Part shown: positions 1 through 10,986 of the stretch, one piece after another
Numbering within the stretch: position 1 is the stretch's first letter
How the letters are laid out: each line of letters begins with the position of its first letter
DNA from: an uncultured virus (IMG/VR IMGVR_UViG_3300029309_000002)
Lineage: Duplodnaviria > Heunggongvirae > Uroviricota > Caudoviricetes
Virus record (IMG/VR): IMGVR_UViG_3300029309_000002
Length of the DNA: 64,000 nt
Reading direction: 5' to 3' (one strand)
Translations under genes and position numbers: made by a program
The notes under the pieces: model-generated
What the model saw: the letters and a program-made list of their open reading frames with translations, nothing else
The model's database searches: none
Told to the model about the DNA's origin: nothing

Positions 1-1316
1 TTCATTATTCTACTTGCCTGTAAAGGATTTGTAATAGATTTAAATCTTTCAGTGACTTGGTTTATATTCCCTTCTCCAATTTTTTTATTTAATTCACGTA
101 TCCTATTTTGAATAAAAGATATTTCATTTTCAAGTGTAGGTAATTCATTTGCATATTCTTCTAAACCATATTTATTATTATACTCAGCTTGTTTAATTGA
201 TAGATCACTATTTAAATCATTTAATATTCTAGTATCATGACTAGTTCTCTTATCAATGTTTCTAAGCATCTCAGCATAATTTATTCTTTGATTCTCTAGT
301 CTACCTGATAAACCTAGTGATAACATATTAGGTCTTTTATAACCCATATCTAATTTCTCTGCTAAATATGTATTTTGTCTATCTTTTCCAAGATCCATTT
401 GAAATTCTTGTGCTAAGTATCTATTTGGATTTTGTGCATCACTTAAACCTCTAAACCATCCTATTGCTTTATCATCTATTAAATGTAGACCATCATGATG
501 AGCTGGTAATCTAGGGTTAGTAAAAAGTTGAGGCATAGCAAAAGAATAATTTAATGGAGTAAATCTGTTTGTACCCGGCATTCTAAGTGCTTGACCACTT
601 AAAATAGAATTATACTGATCGTACATATTACCACCTGTATTAACGGATCTGAATATAGGATATTTAAATTGACTTGGCATAAGCTCAGGTAATCTATATG
701 CCCCAAAATCTGCACCATCTGCTTCTAAACTTTTCCAATTAGAAGTAACTAAACCTTGATCATTAGTATTTACATCTACTTTTGTAAATCTAGGATTAGA
801 TGTTTGCATATCATAGTTTGCAAGACTTTCTAATTGTTTTAAATCAACCATATCATTTTGAATAAGATTAGGGTTGTTTTTTAAAACATTTGCTATTATA
901 AGCTGTTCACCTGTATTAAAGTTTTTAGTTAATACATTATCTAATTTTTTTAGTGGTAAATACCTATCATCTTTTGCAACCTTTTTTAAAAGTTTTTTAC
1001 TAAATGTAAGTGCACCACCAGATTGTGCTTTTGCCATAAAATCCTCTGGCTGTTCAAGCTCAGGTTGTCTTCTATAATCAAGTGTAATCTCTCCTCCCAT
1101 AGATATATTATCTGATGCAATTACATATCTATCATTACCAACTAATGCACTTACAGCATTTGGTGTGTCAGAGTGATTATAATATTGACCTATCTCTGAT
1201 GCAATCTCACCATTAGAATGACTTAAACCAATAAGATCACCTGGCTTAAGATCTGTTGCTGCAATAAGACCTTGACCTTCTATATTAGATTTTCCTATTT
1301 TATATGGCTTGTTCAT
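1..1316 (-). CDS. Large probable virion/ejected protein, 5' part only (runs off window), with N-terminal SET lysine-methyltransferase-like domain
   Basis: Not in the ORF track. ATG at 1316-1314 overlaps the upstream stop (TAATG). Hand translation of 1316-361 and 62-3 shows no stop. Begins MNKPYKIGKSNIEGQGLIAATDLKPGDLIG...YYNHSDTPNA...VIASDNISMGGEITLDY (SET motifs GxGxxA, NHSxxPN, ExTxDY), then KAQSGG. Confidence 0.8.
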   Translation of the reverse strand, partial: MNKPYKIGKSNIEGQGLIAATDLKPGDLIGLSHSNGEIASEIGQYYNHSDTPNAVSALVGNDRYVIASDNISMGGEITLDYRRQPELEQPEDFMAKAQSGGALTFSKKLLKKVAKDDRYLPLKKLDNVLTKNFNTGEQLIIANVLKNNPNLIQNDMVDLKQLESLANYDMQTSNPRFTKVDVNTNDQGLVTSNWKSLEADGADFGAYRLPELMPSQFKYPIFRSVNTGGNMYDQYNSILSGQALRMPGTNRFTPLNYSFAMPQLFTNPRLPAHHDGLHLIDDKAIGWFRGLSDAQNPNRYLAQEFQMDLGKDRQNTYLAEKLDMGYKRPNMLSLGLSGRLENQRINYAEMLRNIDKRTSHDTRILNDLNSDLSIKQAEYNNKYGLEEYANELPTLENEISFIQNRIRELNKKIGEGNINQVTERFKSITNPLQASRIM

Positions 1317-4300
1317 TATCTAAAGGATACATTTAATTTAAAGTTTTCTAGTCTCAATAACATTTTTCTTGTCATTGCTGCATCAGCAGATTTTCTAAGT
1401 ATAAGATGATTAAAGTAATGTCTAAACTTCTTTCTCTCATGCTGTGGTTTATTATAATTTAAATTAGCTTGATTTAAATTTATAATATAACCATTCTGTT
1501 CTGTCTCAAACATTTGTGTTATAGCACCTGAGAATTCACCTCTATCATTTGTTACATCAAAGAATTGGTTAAATCTATATTTTTGTTCTTCTTTACTAAA
1601 TAAAATATCAATACTATCAGCATTAAAGATAGGATATGACATAGCTAAAGGAGTATTATTCTTAGGTGTAAGAACAAGATTTAACAATCCAGATATTTGT
1701 TCTGAATTATAAATAACAGCTTCATCAAAATTATAATCTAGATCATGGAATCTATTTAATTGATCTTCACTATAAAAATATGATTCTAGATGGTATTCTA
1801 CACTTCTTAATGTATTAACAGTTTGTCCTGTTGTTTCTAATATATCAACCTCCCATGGATACTGAACATTATAAAAGTTAGCAAATAAATCTGTTCTTAC
1901 ATTATGTCTCCATATACCACCTGTTATATAATTAGGTGGAGTACATATTTGTGTTTCATATGTACATATTTGTGTATTTGTTAAAACAGTTTCTGTAGTA
2001 GTTGTAGTAACTGTCTCAGTTACAGTAGGTATTCTTGGATTAGTAAAACCATCCATAACTACATACTTTGATGCAAATTGTGCAGTAGCAGGTAACATTG
2101 CTGGTTGACCATCCGCAACGGTTACAATTTGTATTTTAATAAATATATATTTAAACTTTCCATATTCTGCTTCTATAGAACCATCGGAATCATTTACATT
2201 TAAACTATATTGATACTCTACCCATTGATCTACTGAAGTAACTGGAGCAGATCTCCATAACATTTTACTATAACCTACAATATCTGTACCTAATGGATAA
2301 CCAAATTGATTACCTTTATAGTTATCACCCTGTGACAAAGGGGAATGTGTACCACCCCAAATTTCAATACTTGGAGCATAATCTAAGTTTTGTTCACATG
2401 AAGGTGAACTTCCAGTTTCTTGACATCCACCTGGACCAAACCCATAAGACTTAACAATATGATCTCTTATTTGACTTAATTGTACTGCTCCTGTATATTC
2501 TATATTCATTTCCATTTCAGTAGGTGTACCATTTGCATCTAAAAGTCTTTGCCAAACACCTTCTTGGTAATATGTTATGTCTATATTATTGTCTAATATC
2601 CCTCCGCCCACAGTTGCACAACACAAATCAGTTGGTTGACAAAGTACTACTTTTGAACTAACTAATCCTACATATGAACTACCTTCATATGGAGCTAAAT
2701 TCTGACCTTGAGAACCAAAGAATGGATCGTTAAAAGGTAAAGTGTCCGCAGTCATAGTTTGCGTACCACTTTGATTTGGATCAGTTAGACCATCAAAACA
2801 AATGGTAGGAGAATTTTTACATTGATATCCTCTCATCCATGGATCAGGAGTTTGTTCTAAACCAGTTGGTCCATTAAATCCAGGATTTGTTAAAAATAAT
2901 TGTTGTCCAACATTTTCTCCATCTGCCTCAGTGCTTTCTATAGTTGTAGTATTTACAGTTTCTATTAACTCTTCATCACAAGAACCTTCTGAAGTTGGTA
3001 TTACCCCTGCAGGTAAACCAAGATCTTCACTTGGTGGACATGCACAATCTACTGATCTACAAATAGGAGGATTAGCAGAATTATTACATTCACCAATTAA
3101 TACGTATCCAGGAGGGCATGTACAATCAACCACACATAAAGGAGGGTTATCTATATTTTCACATGGTGGATTTGCTGGATTCTGATCTGGTATTGTATCA
3201 GGAGGACAATTACATGTTAATACTGATTCTTGTTGAAGTATTTCTAATGCAACATTTTGATAACATGTATTACAAACATTACAATTAGTACATGAAGTTA
3301 CTTCATATAAATTAGCACCTTGAGCAGGAGCATTGCAAACAACATAACTTTGTCCTGTAAATTCTGGGCTAAAACCCCCATAGAATCCATTTAGATTTTC
3401 ACAACCTTCATCTACACAAACAGTAGTTGCAGGTGGCTCAGTAAATATAGGAATCCACCATTGAGTATAAAATCTATCAATTAAAGCTTGTATTTGCATT
3501 TGCCAACCAAGATCATCACATCCATCACCAAAAGCACCTGTACCATTACCTTGATGTACTTTTACAACTTTAACATTAGTAAATAAATCACTATATATGT
3601 ATAAAGGATTAGGACCTCCAGCACCATCATTTCCAATATTTAAAGTGTAAGAAACATCAGCCGCTGAATCTGTAATAACAATAGCAACAACTTCATCTGC
3701 TAAAGTATCTGGATCAACACTATTAACTACAAAATTTGCAGATCTTATAGCCTCACCATAATTTGTTGAGTTAATAGGATTCGGATTAGGTATAGCTTGT
3801 AAAGTTGATATTACTGATGCTGCATTAGTTGTTAAAGCTGCACCTAATCCAAGAGTAGATCCATGCCACAAAGAAAAACCTACTCTTACATTACCATCTG
3901 AAAAATCAAGATTTTGAATTGTATTTATAACAAACTGTTTTTGCAATTCCCAAATACTTTGAGAATTTGGTTGATTTGATGCTGGGTTTGAAGTAGATCC
4001 AGAATAGTCTATTGAAAAACAAATATCTATATTTCCAGTAACATTTGTCAATTCACCTGTTGGTACTGTATTAACATCTGCTAGTATTTCATTTACAATA
4101 GGCACAGCTGGAGCTTGTTGAAATCCTGTTGTGCAACATTCAACACCATTCCAAGTAAATCCAGGAGGACAAATAGGAACAGTTCCTTCTTGTGACTTAG
4201 TAGTTAAAAAATGATTTATACTATTCATTGTAAGTTCTGGGTGCCAATCATGGAATGATATCCAAGCTTTTGATTTTGGATCATAACTTACTGTCCAAGA

Positions 4301-7300
4301 TACATCTTTAAAATATTGTTCATCTTGTAATTCTACAGGATATGTTACATCATTAAAAGTAGGATCTTCACACACAGTACATCTACAAACCGGAACACTT
4401 GCCATAATTAAATCACAATTTGAATCAGGACAATAATAATCTGGAGGTGGTACTACAGCAGACATAATTGCATCAACTATTGTTGATATAGATGCAGGAT
4501 CTTGAAATGACCCATAATATGAATAATCAATTCCATCTGTTGGATCTGTTGGATCTGCAAACTGATCAAAGTATTGTTGTTGATTTGCATTAGGAAATCC
4601 TACAAATGATGGATCTCCTTGCCTTGTGTCTAATCCTATAAGAAATGATTTTTGATTTGGATAATTTGTATTATTTACAATATTTGTTTGGAACCAAGCT
4701 CCTGCAGGAGAAGGCGCAGTATGATATACAGGACCTACACCTGGTTGAAATACATCTTCATTCATAGGTCCAAAGTTAATATCAGGCGTCAAAGGATTTA
4801 CAGTTCCTGCATTAACATGTGTATCTCTCTCAGGAGGTGTTGCTAATGGATCATATGAAAAGAAATAAGTACCTTCAGTGTTACTAAATTGTGGACCATC
4901 TGTTATTGTAATTAATCTTTTCGCTGCACTAGGTCTTCCGTTAGTTCCATATAAAAGGTTCATACCTGCCCATATACCTCCTAGCATTTCTGTACCATTT
5001 GGAACATCTGTTTGTTGAACAGCAGGTGTATATACATTATTCATCCAACTATATATAGCACCAGAAGAACTAAAGTCATCTGTTAGAGCTAACTGATCTC
5101 CAATATCAAACATGGTATCACCAGTTGTATAAGGAGTAGCTTGCATATTATGTAAATTTCCTGCTATCTGACCTCTTCCTGCTCCAAAATGAACAAGACC
5201 AATTCTAACATCCCCATTTGTGCTTTGTACATTATCTAATTCAGTAATTATAGTATTAACAAAATTTATCATTGGAGCTACATTACCATTTTGATTTACA
5301 CTATTTGATGAATCAACAACAATAACAACATCAAGTTGACCTACACCTTGAGTAAATAAAGCAGGCTCAGTAGTAGTTAAACAACATTGATCTTCTGTAA
5401 CAGTTGCAGGTATTGGAGTTCCCCCTTGTCCTGGAATTATACATATAGGAGTATTTGGATCTTGGTATACTAATTGAGCTCCAGGTGGACATGTTACTGA
5501 TCCTGGTATAAATTCATATCCTTCTGGGCAATCTTGTGTTTGTGCAACTCCATCACAAGTTGTTGCATTATATACAAATCCTTCACAAGGAATAAAATCA
5601 ATACATTTTTTTACATCATCATGCACTTTATAATCTCTCTTACAGAAATATACAATATCATCATTAGGATCATATACTGTATTAATACCAGCTGCTATTA
5701 CTGGATTATCTATAAATTCTGGACAATCCTCTACCTCTGGAAAGTCTGCTAATAGTCTTGATGGTAAAAATTTATTAAACCACCACTTCATACCTATATC
5801 AGATATTGCTTGTAATCCTTTTCCAGCTTGATATAAAAATATTTTACCTTGAGCTTGTGATGCAAAGTAAACACCTTGTGGTGTATTTAATACACTTCTA
5901 TAACTCTCACATGATCCATACTCATGTGACACATTAGAGTTTGCAGCATTTTGTAATACTTGTGAAAATAATCCACCATCTCCAATTAAAACTTTCTTTT
6001 TAGTTAATTGTAATTTATCTACTCCTTGGAACACTCTAGGAGATAATGTTGGGAATAACATTAATGCACCTGTTTGATTATAAGGAACTATTGCATTTAT
6101 AGGTGCTTTGAAATCTCTATAATTTTCTGCTAAGAAAACTCTCCAAAAATCTATTGCTTTATCATTTTTATTTTGGAATAATTTTTTATCCATAAATCCT
6201 GTAGCAGGTACAGAATAAATTAATCTTTTAGGATATTGAGTAAAGCATTGTTCAGCTGTAGTAGCATCATACCATCTTTCTTGTATCTTAGAAAAAGAAA
6301 CACTCCAATATCTTCTTACACCAACAGATTTATCATAATTATAATAGTTATCAAAATCTATTATCTTTGAATGAAATAGTTCTACAAGATCTGTATATTC
6401 TTCATCATCATAATGTCTTTTTCTTTTTTCATCTTCATAATCTCTATACGCTAGATTAAAATCTGATTCTACCCAAAAATCATTTATACCAGAATTATGT
6501 GTATACATGTATGCAAACTTCCATACAAATAAACCACCACTTGGAGGATTTTGATTAGTATTATTATTAGGATTATATGCACTATTTTCATAATTTTCAA
6601 TACCTGCTGTAGGTGTATTTGTAGGTGGTGGAGTACCCTGCACACTACCTGTAATATCAAGAGACGTAGCAGAACCATTTCTACATCTTGATTTACCATC
6701 AACTACTTGAAATGCATTAGTTTTTAACTCATAGGTATTGCTATTAGAAGTGTTACTTTGTGTCATAGCATCACTACCAAAATCTATACTTGTAAAATCA
6801 TCTACTGTTGGAACAGGTGTACCTGTATAAGGAAGACCTGTTACAGGATGAGTAGTAGAACTTGCTGAACTAAATTGTTGAGCAGCATATTTAGTTCCTA
6901 CAGCATTAGCAGTAATACCAACTACTGTTAAAGTTGCCCAGTCAAAAATTACTCTAAAATTACTTAAGTCTCCAACACCAAGAACGCCACCACCTGAATC
7001 AAATGAAAAATCAGACCATGTACCAGTACATAAAGGACTACAATCCACATGAGTATCAATATCACAGTTACCAGAACCAGAACCTAGTGGCATATCATAT
7101 GGAATAGGAGCAGTAAAATTAAAAGTAATATTAATATCAACACTTCCACCAGAAAGTCCAGCAGTATTTAATTGATCTGTTACAGCTTGATCAACAGCTG
7201 TTGAATTAGGATAAGTAAAAGTTACAGTATGATTTTGTTTATTAAAACTAAAAGTATTAGCTCCAGAAGCATATGCATAATCTATATTATTTGTACCAGC

Positions 7301-10300
7301 TATATTATATACAATATATCTTTGTGACTCTGCATCACCAACATATTGAACTCCAGGTGGTGGACCAGTTGTTGGTGGTATACTTGGAGTAAATATTGCA
7401 GAATAACTATTAGCAGGTGCACCAAGTAGATCACCACCTAAATTACCTTCACCAAGAGGTGGTGGATCTATAGTTCCTCCACCAATAATTGAAGGAGCAC
7501 AATAACCACCATTATCTGGTGTATCAAGATTATACATACTATCAGGAAATGCACCAGACCAGTTAAACTCTAAAGTTGTAATAGGTCTAACAAATTCTCC
7601 CATACGGTATTTTTCTGTATTCATCCAATATCTTGGGAAAGGTACATTTGCATATCTAGAATAGTTAAACTGATATCCTTTTGATTCATCATCTCTTAAG
7701 AATTGATAAAAGAAAGGCATATTTGTTTTTTCTGTATATCTAGCTATATAAGTATCACCACCAAATAAAACTCCTGTATTAAATCTATCACTAGCTTTTA
7801 CAGGAATTAGATTACCACTTCCATCTTTTTCTTGTAACTGAGCATATGATGTTGTACATCCAAATATAGGTAGCTGAATAATGCTGTCTAATTGTCCATA
7901 TTGATTATCTATCTGATTTTTAATAGAAATATAATGTGCAGAACATGTAGATGCAACTTCTTCACCAACCATCCACCAGTTACTTTGACTTACACCATCT
8001 CCAGCACAAGGGCCCATACCTATAGTAAACTTTGTATTATCCATTATAGCTGGTGGTTGTAATGTTATTACACCTGGATTTTCTTCATCACTTGTTCTAT
8101 GTCTTAATACAACTGTAGATGGTCTTAAAACATTATTTACAATAGTATCTCCGTCAAATGATTGAATTGCTTGTTTAATATATCTAGCTCTATCTATACC
8201 AACTCTAAAGTTGCTATTTAAATCAATAGGTCTTTCATTTTTATAAAAACCATGTGATATATATTTCATTGCATAATCTTGAAATGATACTAGATCTAAA
8301 ATTAATTGAACTAGTTTATCACCTCCAATAGCTAGAAAATTTAAAAACTGTAATATACCACTTATAACAGTAACTACTCCAGGTACAGAATTAAATTCAG
8401 AATCTCTCATATTCATTGTAAATTCTGGACCAACATGTCCTGCTGCTAATGCTGCAGCTCCTGTTGAAATTTCATATTGACCAAGTATATGTAGTTTAGA
8501 AGTTTCTGATGCAAGACCTGTTATTGAAGTACTATCAACAACGCCTGCTAAAGCATATTCACCTGGAATTTGACCTAACATAGCACCACCTGTAACTCCT
8601 GTTGTAGCTGCTGCACCAGGAACACCAAGACCTGGAGCTGGAGCTGCGTTAACACCAGGATAAGTACCTATTTCACCTGTAGAGTATGATCGTGTACTTT
8701 TATAACCATAGTTTCTTTCACCCCTCATTTTCATAATAGCATAACCAGTACCGTAAATAGCAGCAAGAGTTACAACTTTATTTTTAAGTAGTTTATGTTG
8801 TGTATGACCTTCTACAGTTTTAAACCTACCTGCCACAGGTCCGTGTATAGTTTTGTATATTTTAAGTTCAGTAGGATTAAGATATGTTTTACTAAAATTT
8901 AAATCTGGTGAATGAAAAGTATAAGTAGATGCATCAAAAGTTCCTGCTTTATTAAACCCATAAAAATTATGTAATAAAGTACCATTGTTAGCAGTGTTAA
9001 ATGCTGAATTAGCTTGTTCAATACCATTAATAGATTTAGATGCATATGTATCAGACATATCTACATTACCCCCAAGCCAATTATCTTCAACACCTCCATC
9101 CCATCCAAGTATATTTGCAAACCATGGTTCTTCATTTCTGTTACCCTTATCTCTAGCTAAAAGATAAGGATCTATTCTTAAATCATTAAAAGGATAGTTA
9201 GGCATCAATCCAGAAAATGTGTCATCATTCCTATCTTTACGGAATCTGATCATATTCTTTATAATACCTTTTGCTATAATAGATTTTTTTCCATCTCTTG
9301 ATCCAACCATAATTTGATAACCTACAATATTTTCTATAAGATTACCATCATTATCTACAGGAGGTGCAATATTATCAAATGCAACTCCCAAAACATTTAT
9401 TGTTTGTGTTGCTGTATTATACAAACTTGTTAGACTGTTACCAGTAATTCCATCTGCTACCAAGGATTCATCAGGAAACTTATGATGTCTAATAGGTAAA
9501 CCACAAAGATCAAACTCTGTTGTACCTGGGTTAGACCATGGATGTGCTGTTGCATTATATCTTTCAGGTTGTGTTTGTGGATAAACTTCAGTAGATTGCC
9601 AATAACCCATTTCTCCTCCACCTGTTATAATTCCTCCATCTTCTGTTTCTGTTCCTTGTAAAGATATTATAAATGGATCTACGTTTGTTAATGTTGTAGC
9701 AGTATTATACACATTGTAAACTCTATCAGTTCCTGGGTCTACAAGATTTGCTCCGTTCATTATACTTGTTTCATTCCCACCAAGAAAAGATCTTGGGGCT
9801 CTTCCTGGTATGTGATATGATTTAGAAAATTCTCCAGTATTATATATAAATCTTATAAAGAATGCATATTGTTCATCTCTTAGGAATGTAGGATTATTAC
9901 CACCATTTTTATAATAATCTTCAGGATATTCAGTTGTTACCCAAAAAGTTTTTATTTGATTTGCAAGAGGTTGATAATTAAAATCAAAATATTCTGTTGG
10001 TTGAGATCTAATTAAATAATCATTAACAACAAACATACCAGCAGATTTTTCAAATACAGGATTGTCTAATAATAATTTTGTTGGTGTAACAGTCGGTAAC
10101 TCAGGATCTATAAAATCTATAGGTATTCTTTTTGTTTCTGTACTATATACACCAAACTCATAGTTAACAAAAGCATTAGCTATTCTTGTTCTAATTACTA
10201 ATTTAAAAAATTCAAAATCAGTATCTAAGTTATCTAAATGAAGTACTATAGAAGAGTTAGTATTTTCATGTGACCAAACGCTTGTAATATTTGAATTTAT

Positions 10301-10984
10301 AAAATAATCTCCTATTTGTTGTGCATCTTCACAATATGCTATAAAAGCTTGATATGATCCATTATTTAAAGCACCACCCTCATCTGCTTTTTCTAATCTC
10401 AAACAGGCCATATCCATTAATGGATGTAATCTTAACTTTTCACAATCAAGTTGATCTGTATCTTCATATATAATACAAGGATCACCAGGGCCAGAAACTA
10501 TTTGTTGTATATAAGGAACATTATCAATATTTAAAGTTCTAGAAGGATTTAAATTATCATCCCAATATACTTGCCACGTACAATCAAAATTTTCTTTAGC
10601 TGCACCAATTATTAAATTTCTTCTGTTAAAATTTAAACATGGGGCATTAACAAGAGTTGTATATTCACATTTGCTGTCATCAAATAATCCTATCTCACTA
10701 GTAGTATCATCAGTTGAATATAAAACCCATTTGTCTCCATATAAATGAATTGTTCCTATTATTGTATATGGAACCTCACCACAAGCTAAATTAGCAGGTT
10801 CATTACCTACAACTCCTGTATCACCATCAATAGAATTATTAGCAAGATTACGTGCATGCCACCAGTTTTCTTTACTGAAATAAGCACTATCTACATCTTT
10901 TATCATACCCTTAATAGGGGTAGATGTATTAACACTGGAAGTGCTTGGTGTTTTACTTTTATTTTGTTGACGTTTTTTTGCCAT
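1316..10984 (-). CDS. Giant tail hub/stabilisation-like (P22 gp10-type) virion protein with two inserted vWA domains, Cys-rich linkers and a putative carbohydrate-binding beta-sandwich
   Basis: 3222 aa, downstream of ring-protein genes; propeller-like aromatic segments (WTVSYDPKSKAWISFHDW; IWRHN..FYNVQYPWEV); MIDAS motifs VVDSSNS and SIDYSGS; CPPG/CPEG linkers. Confidence 0.65.
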   Translation of the reverse strand: MAKKRQQNKSKTPSTSSVNTSTPIKGMIKDVDSAYFSKENWWHARNLANNSIDGDTGVVGNEPANLACGEVPYTIIGTIHLYGDKWVLYSTDDTTSEIGLFDDSKCEYTTLVNAPCLNFNRRNLIIGAAKENFDCTWQVYWDDNLNPSRTLNIDNVPYIQQIVSGPGDPCIIYEDTDQLDCEKLRLHPLMDMACLRLEKADEGGALNNGSYQAFIAYCEDAQQIGDYFINSNITSVWSHENTNSSIVLHLDNLDTDFEFFKLVIRTRIANAFVNYEFGVYSTETKRIPIDFIDPELPTVTPTKLLLDNPVFEKSAGMFVVNDYLIRSQPTEYFDFNYQPLANQIKTFWVTTEYPEDYYKNGGNNPTFLRDEQYAFFIRFIYNTGEFSKSYHIPGRAPRSFLGGNETSIMNGANLVDPGTDRVYNVYNTATTLTNVDPFIISLQGTETEDGGIITGGGEMGYWQSTEVYPQTQPERYNATAHPWSNPGTTEFDLCGLPIRHHKFPDESLVADGITGNSLTSLYNTATQTINVLGVAFDNIAPPVDNDGNLIENIVGYQIMVGSRDGKKSIIAKGIIKNMIRFRKDRNDDTFSGLMPNYPFNDLRIDPYLLARDKGNRNEEPWFANILGWDGGVEDNWLGGNVDMSDTYASKSINGIEQANSAFNTANNGTLLHNFYGFNKAGTFDASTYTFHSPDLNFSKTYLNPTELKIYKTIHGPVAGRFKTVEGHTQHKLLKNKVVTLAAIYGTGYAIMKMRGERNYGYKSTRSYSTGEIGTYPGVNAAPAPGLGVPGAAATTGVTGGAMLGQIPGEYALAGVVDSTSITGLASETSKLHILGQYEISTGAAALAAGHVGPEFTMNMRDSEFNSVPGVVTVISGILQFLNFLAIGGDKLVQLILDLVSFQDYAMKYISHGFYKNERPIDLNSNFRVGIDRARYIKQAIQSFDGDTIVNNVLRPSTVVLRHRTSDEENPGVITLQPPAIMDNTKFTIGMGPCAGDGVSQSNWWMVGEEVASTCSAHYISIKNQIDNQYGQLDSIIQLPIFGCTTSYAQLQEKDGSGNLIPVKASDRFNTGVLFGGDTYIARYTEKTNMPFFYQFLRDDESKGYQFNYSRYANVPFPRYWMNTEKYRMGEFVRPITTLEFNWSGAFPDSMYNLDTPDNGGYCAPSIIGGGTIDPPPLGEGNLGGDLLGAPANSYSAIFTPSIPPTTGPPPGVQYVGDAESQRYIVYNIAGTNNIDYAYASGANTFSFNKQNHTVTFTYPNSTAVDQAVTDQLNTAGLSGGSVDINITFNFTAPIPYDMPLGSGSGNCDIDTHVDCSPLCTGTWSDFSFDSGGGVLGVGDLSNFRVIFDWATLTVVGITANAVGTKYAAQQFSSASSTTHPVTGLPYTGTPVPTVDDFTSIDFGSDAMTQSNTSNSNTYELKTNAFQVVDGKSRCRNGSATSLDITGSVQGTPPPTNTPTAGIENYENSAYNPNNNTNQNPPSGGLFVWKFAYMYTHNSGINDFWVESDFNLAYRDYEDEKRKRHYDDEEYTDLVELFHSKIIDFDNYYNYDKSVGVRRYWSVSFSKIQERWYDATTAEQCFTQYPKRLIYSVPATGFMDKKLFQNKNDKAIDFWRVFLAENYRDFKAPINAIVPYNQTGALMLFPTLSPRVFQGVDKLQLTKKKVLIGDGGLFSQVLQNAANSNVSHEYGSCESYRSVLNTPQGVYFASQAQGKIFLYQAGKGLQAISDIGMKWWFNKFLPSRLLADFPEVEDCPEFIDNPVIAAGINTVYDPNDDIVYFCKRDYKVHDDVKKCIDFIPCEGFVYNATTCDGVAQTQDCPEGYEFIPGSVTCPPGAQLVYQDPNTPICIIPGQGGTPIPATVTEDQCCLTTTEPALFTQGVGQLDVVIVVDSSNSVNQNGNVAPMINFVNTIITELDNVQSTNGDVRIGLVHFGAGRGQIAGNLHNMQATPYTTGDTMFDIGDQLALTDDFSSSGAIYSWMNNVYTPAVQQTDVPNGTEMLGGIWAGMNLLYGTNGRPSAAKRLITITDGPQFSNTEGTYFFSYDPLATPPERDTHVNAGTVNPLTPDINFGPMNEDVFQPGVGPVYHTAPSPAGAWFQTNIVNNTNYPNQKSFLIGLDTRQGDPSFVGFPNANQQQYFDQFADPTDPTDGIDYSYYGSFQDPASISTIVDAIMSAVVPPPDYYCPDSNCDLIMASVPVCRCTVCEDPTFNDVTYPVELQDEQYFKDVSWTVSYDPKSKAWISFHDWHPELTMNSINHFLTTKSQEGTVPICPPGFTWNGVECCTTGFQQAPAVPIVNEILADVNTVPTGELTNVTGNIDICFSIDYSGSTSNPASNQPNSQSIWELQKQFVINTIQNLDFSDGNVRVGFSLWHGSTLGLGAALTTNAASVISTLQAIPNPNPINSTNYGEAIRSANFVVNSVDPDTLADEVVAIVITDSAADVSYTLNIGNDGAGGPNPLYIYSDLFTNVKVVKVHQGNGTGAFGDGCDDLGWQMQIQALIDRFYTQWWIPIFTEPPATTVCVDEGCENLNGFYGGFSPEFTGQSYVVCNAPAQGANLYEVTSCTNCNVCNTCYQNVALEILQQESVLTCNCPPDTIPDQNPANPPCENIDNPPLCVVDCTCPPGYVLIGECNNSANPPICRSVDCACPPSEDLGLPAGVIPTSEGSCDEELIETVNTTTIESTEADGENVGQQLFLTNPGFNGPTGLEQTPDPWMRGYQCKNSPTICFDGLTDPNQSGTQTMTADTLPFNDPFFGSQGQNLAPYEGSSYVGLVSSKVVLCQPTDLCCATVGGGILDNNIDITYYQEGVWQRLLDANGTPTEMEMNIEYTGAVQLSQIRDHIVKSYGFGPGGCQETGSSPSCEQNLDYAPSIEIWGGTHSPLSQGDNYKGNQFGYPLGTDIVGYSKMLWRSAPVTSVDQWVEYQYSLNVNDSDGSIEAEYGKFKYIFIKIQIVTVADGQPAMLPATAQFASKYVVMDGFTNPRIPTVTETVTTTTTETVLTNTQICTYETQICTPPNYITGGIWRHNVRTDLFANFYNVQYPWEVDILETTGQTVNTLRSVEYHLESYFYSEDQLNRFHDLDYNFDEAVIYNSEQISGLLNLVLTPKNNTPLAMSYPIFNADSIDILFSKEEQKYRFNQFFDVTNDRGEFSGAITQMFETEQNGYIINLNQANLNYNKPQHERKKFRHYFNHLILRKSADAAMTRKMLLRLENFKLNVSFR

Positions 10985-10986
10985 CT

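Noticed and set aside
12..45. KSITNPL peptide shared between the partial ORF and the polyprotein (aa ~1072)
   Set aside because: Only seven residues with no visible flanking similarity; could be chance
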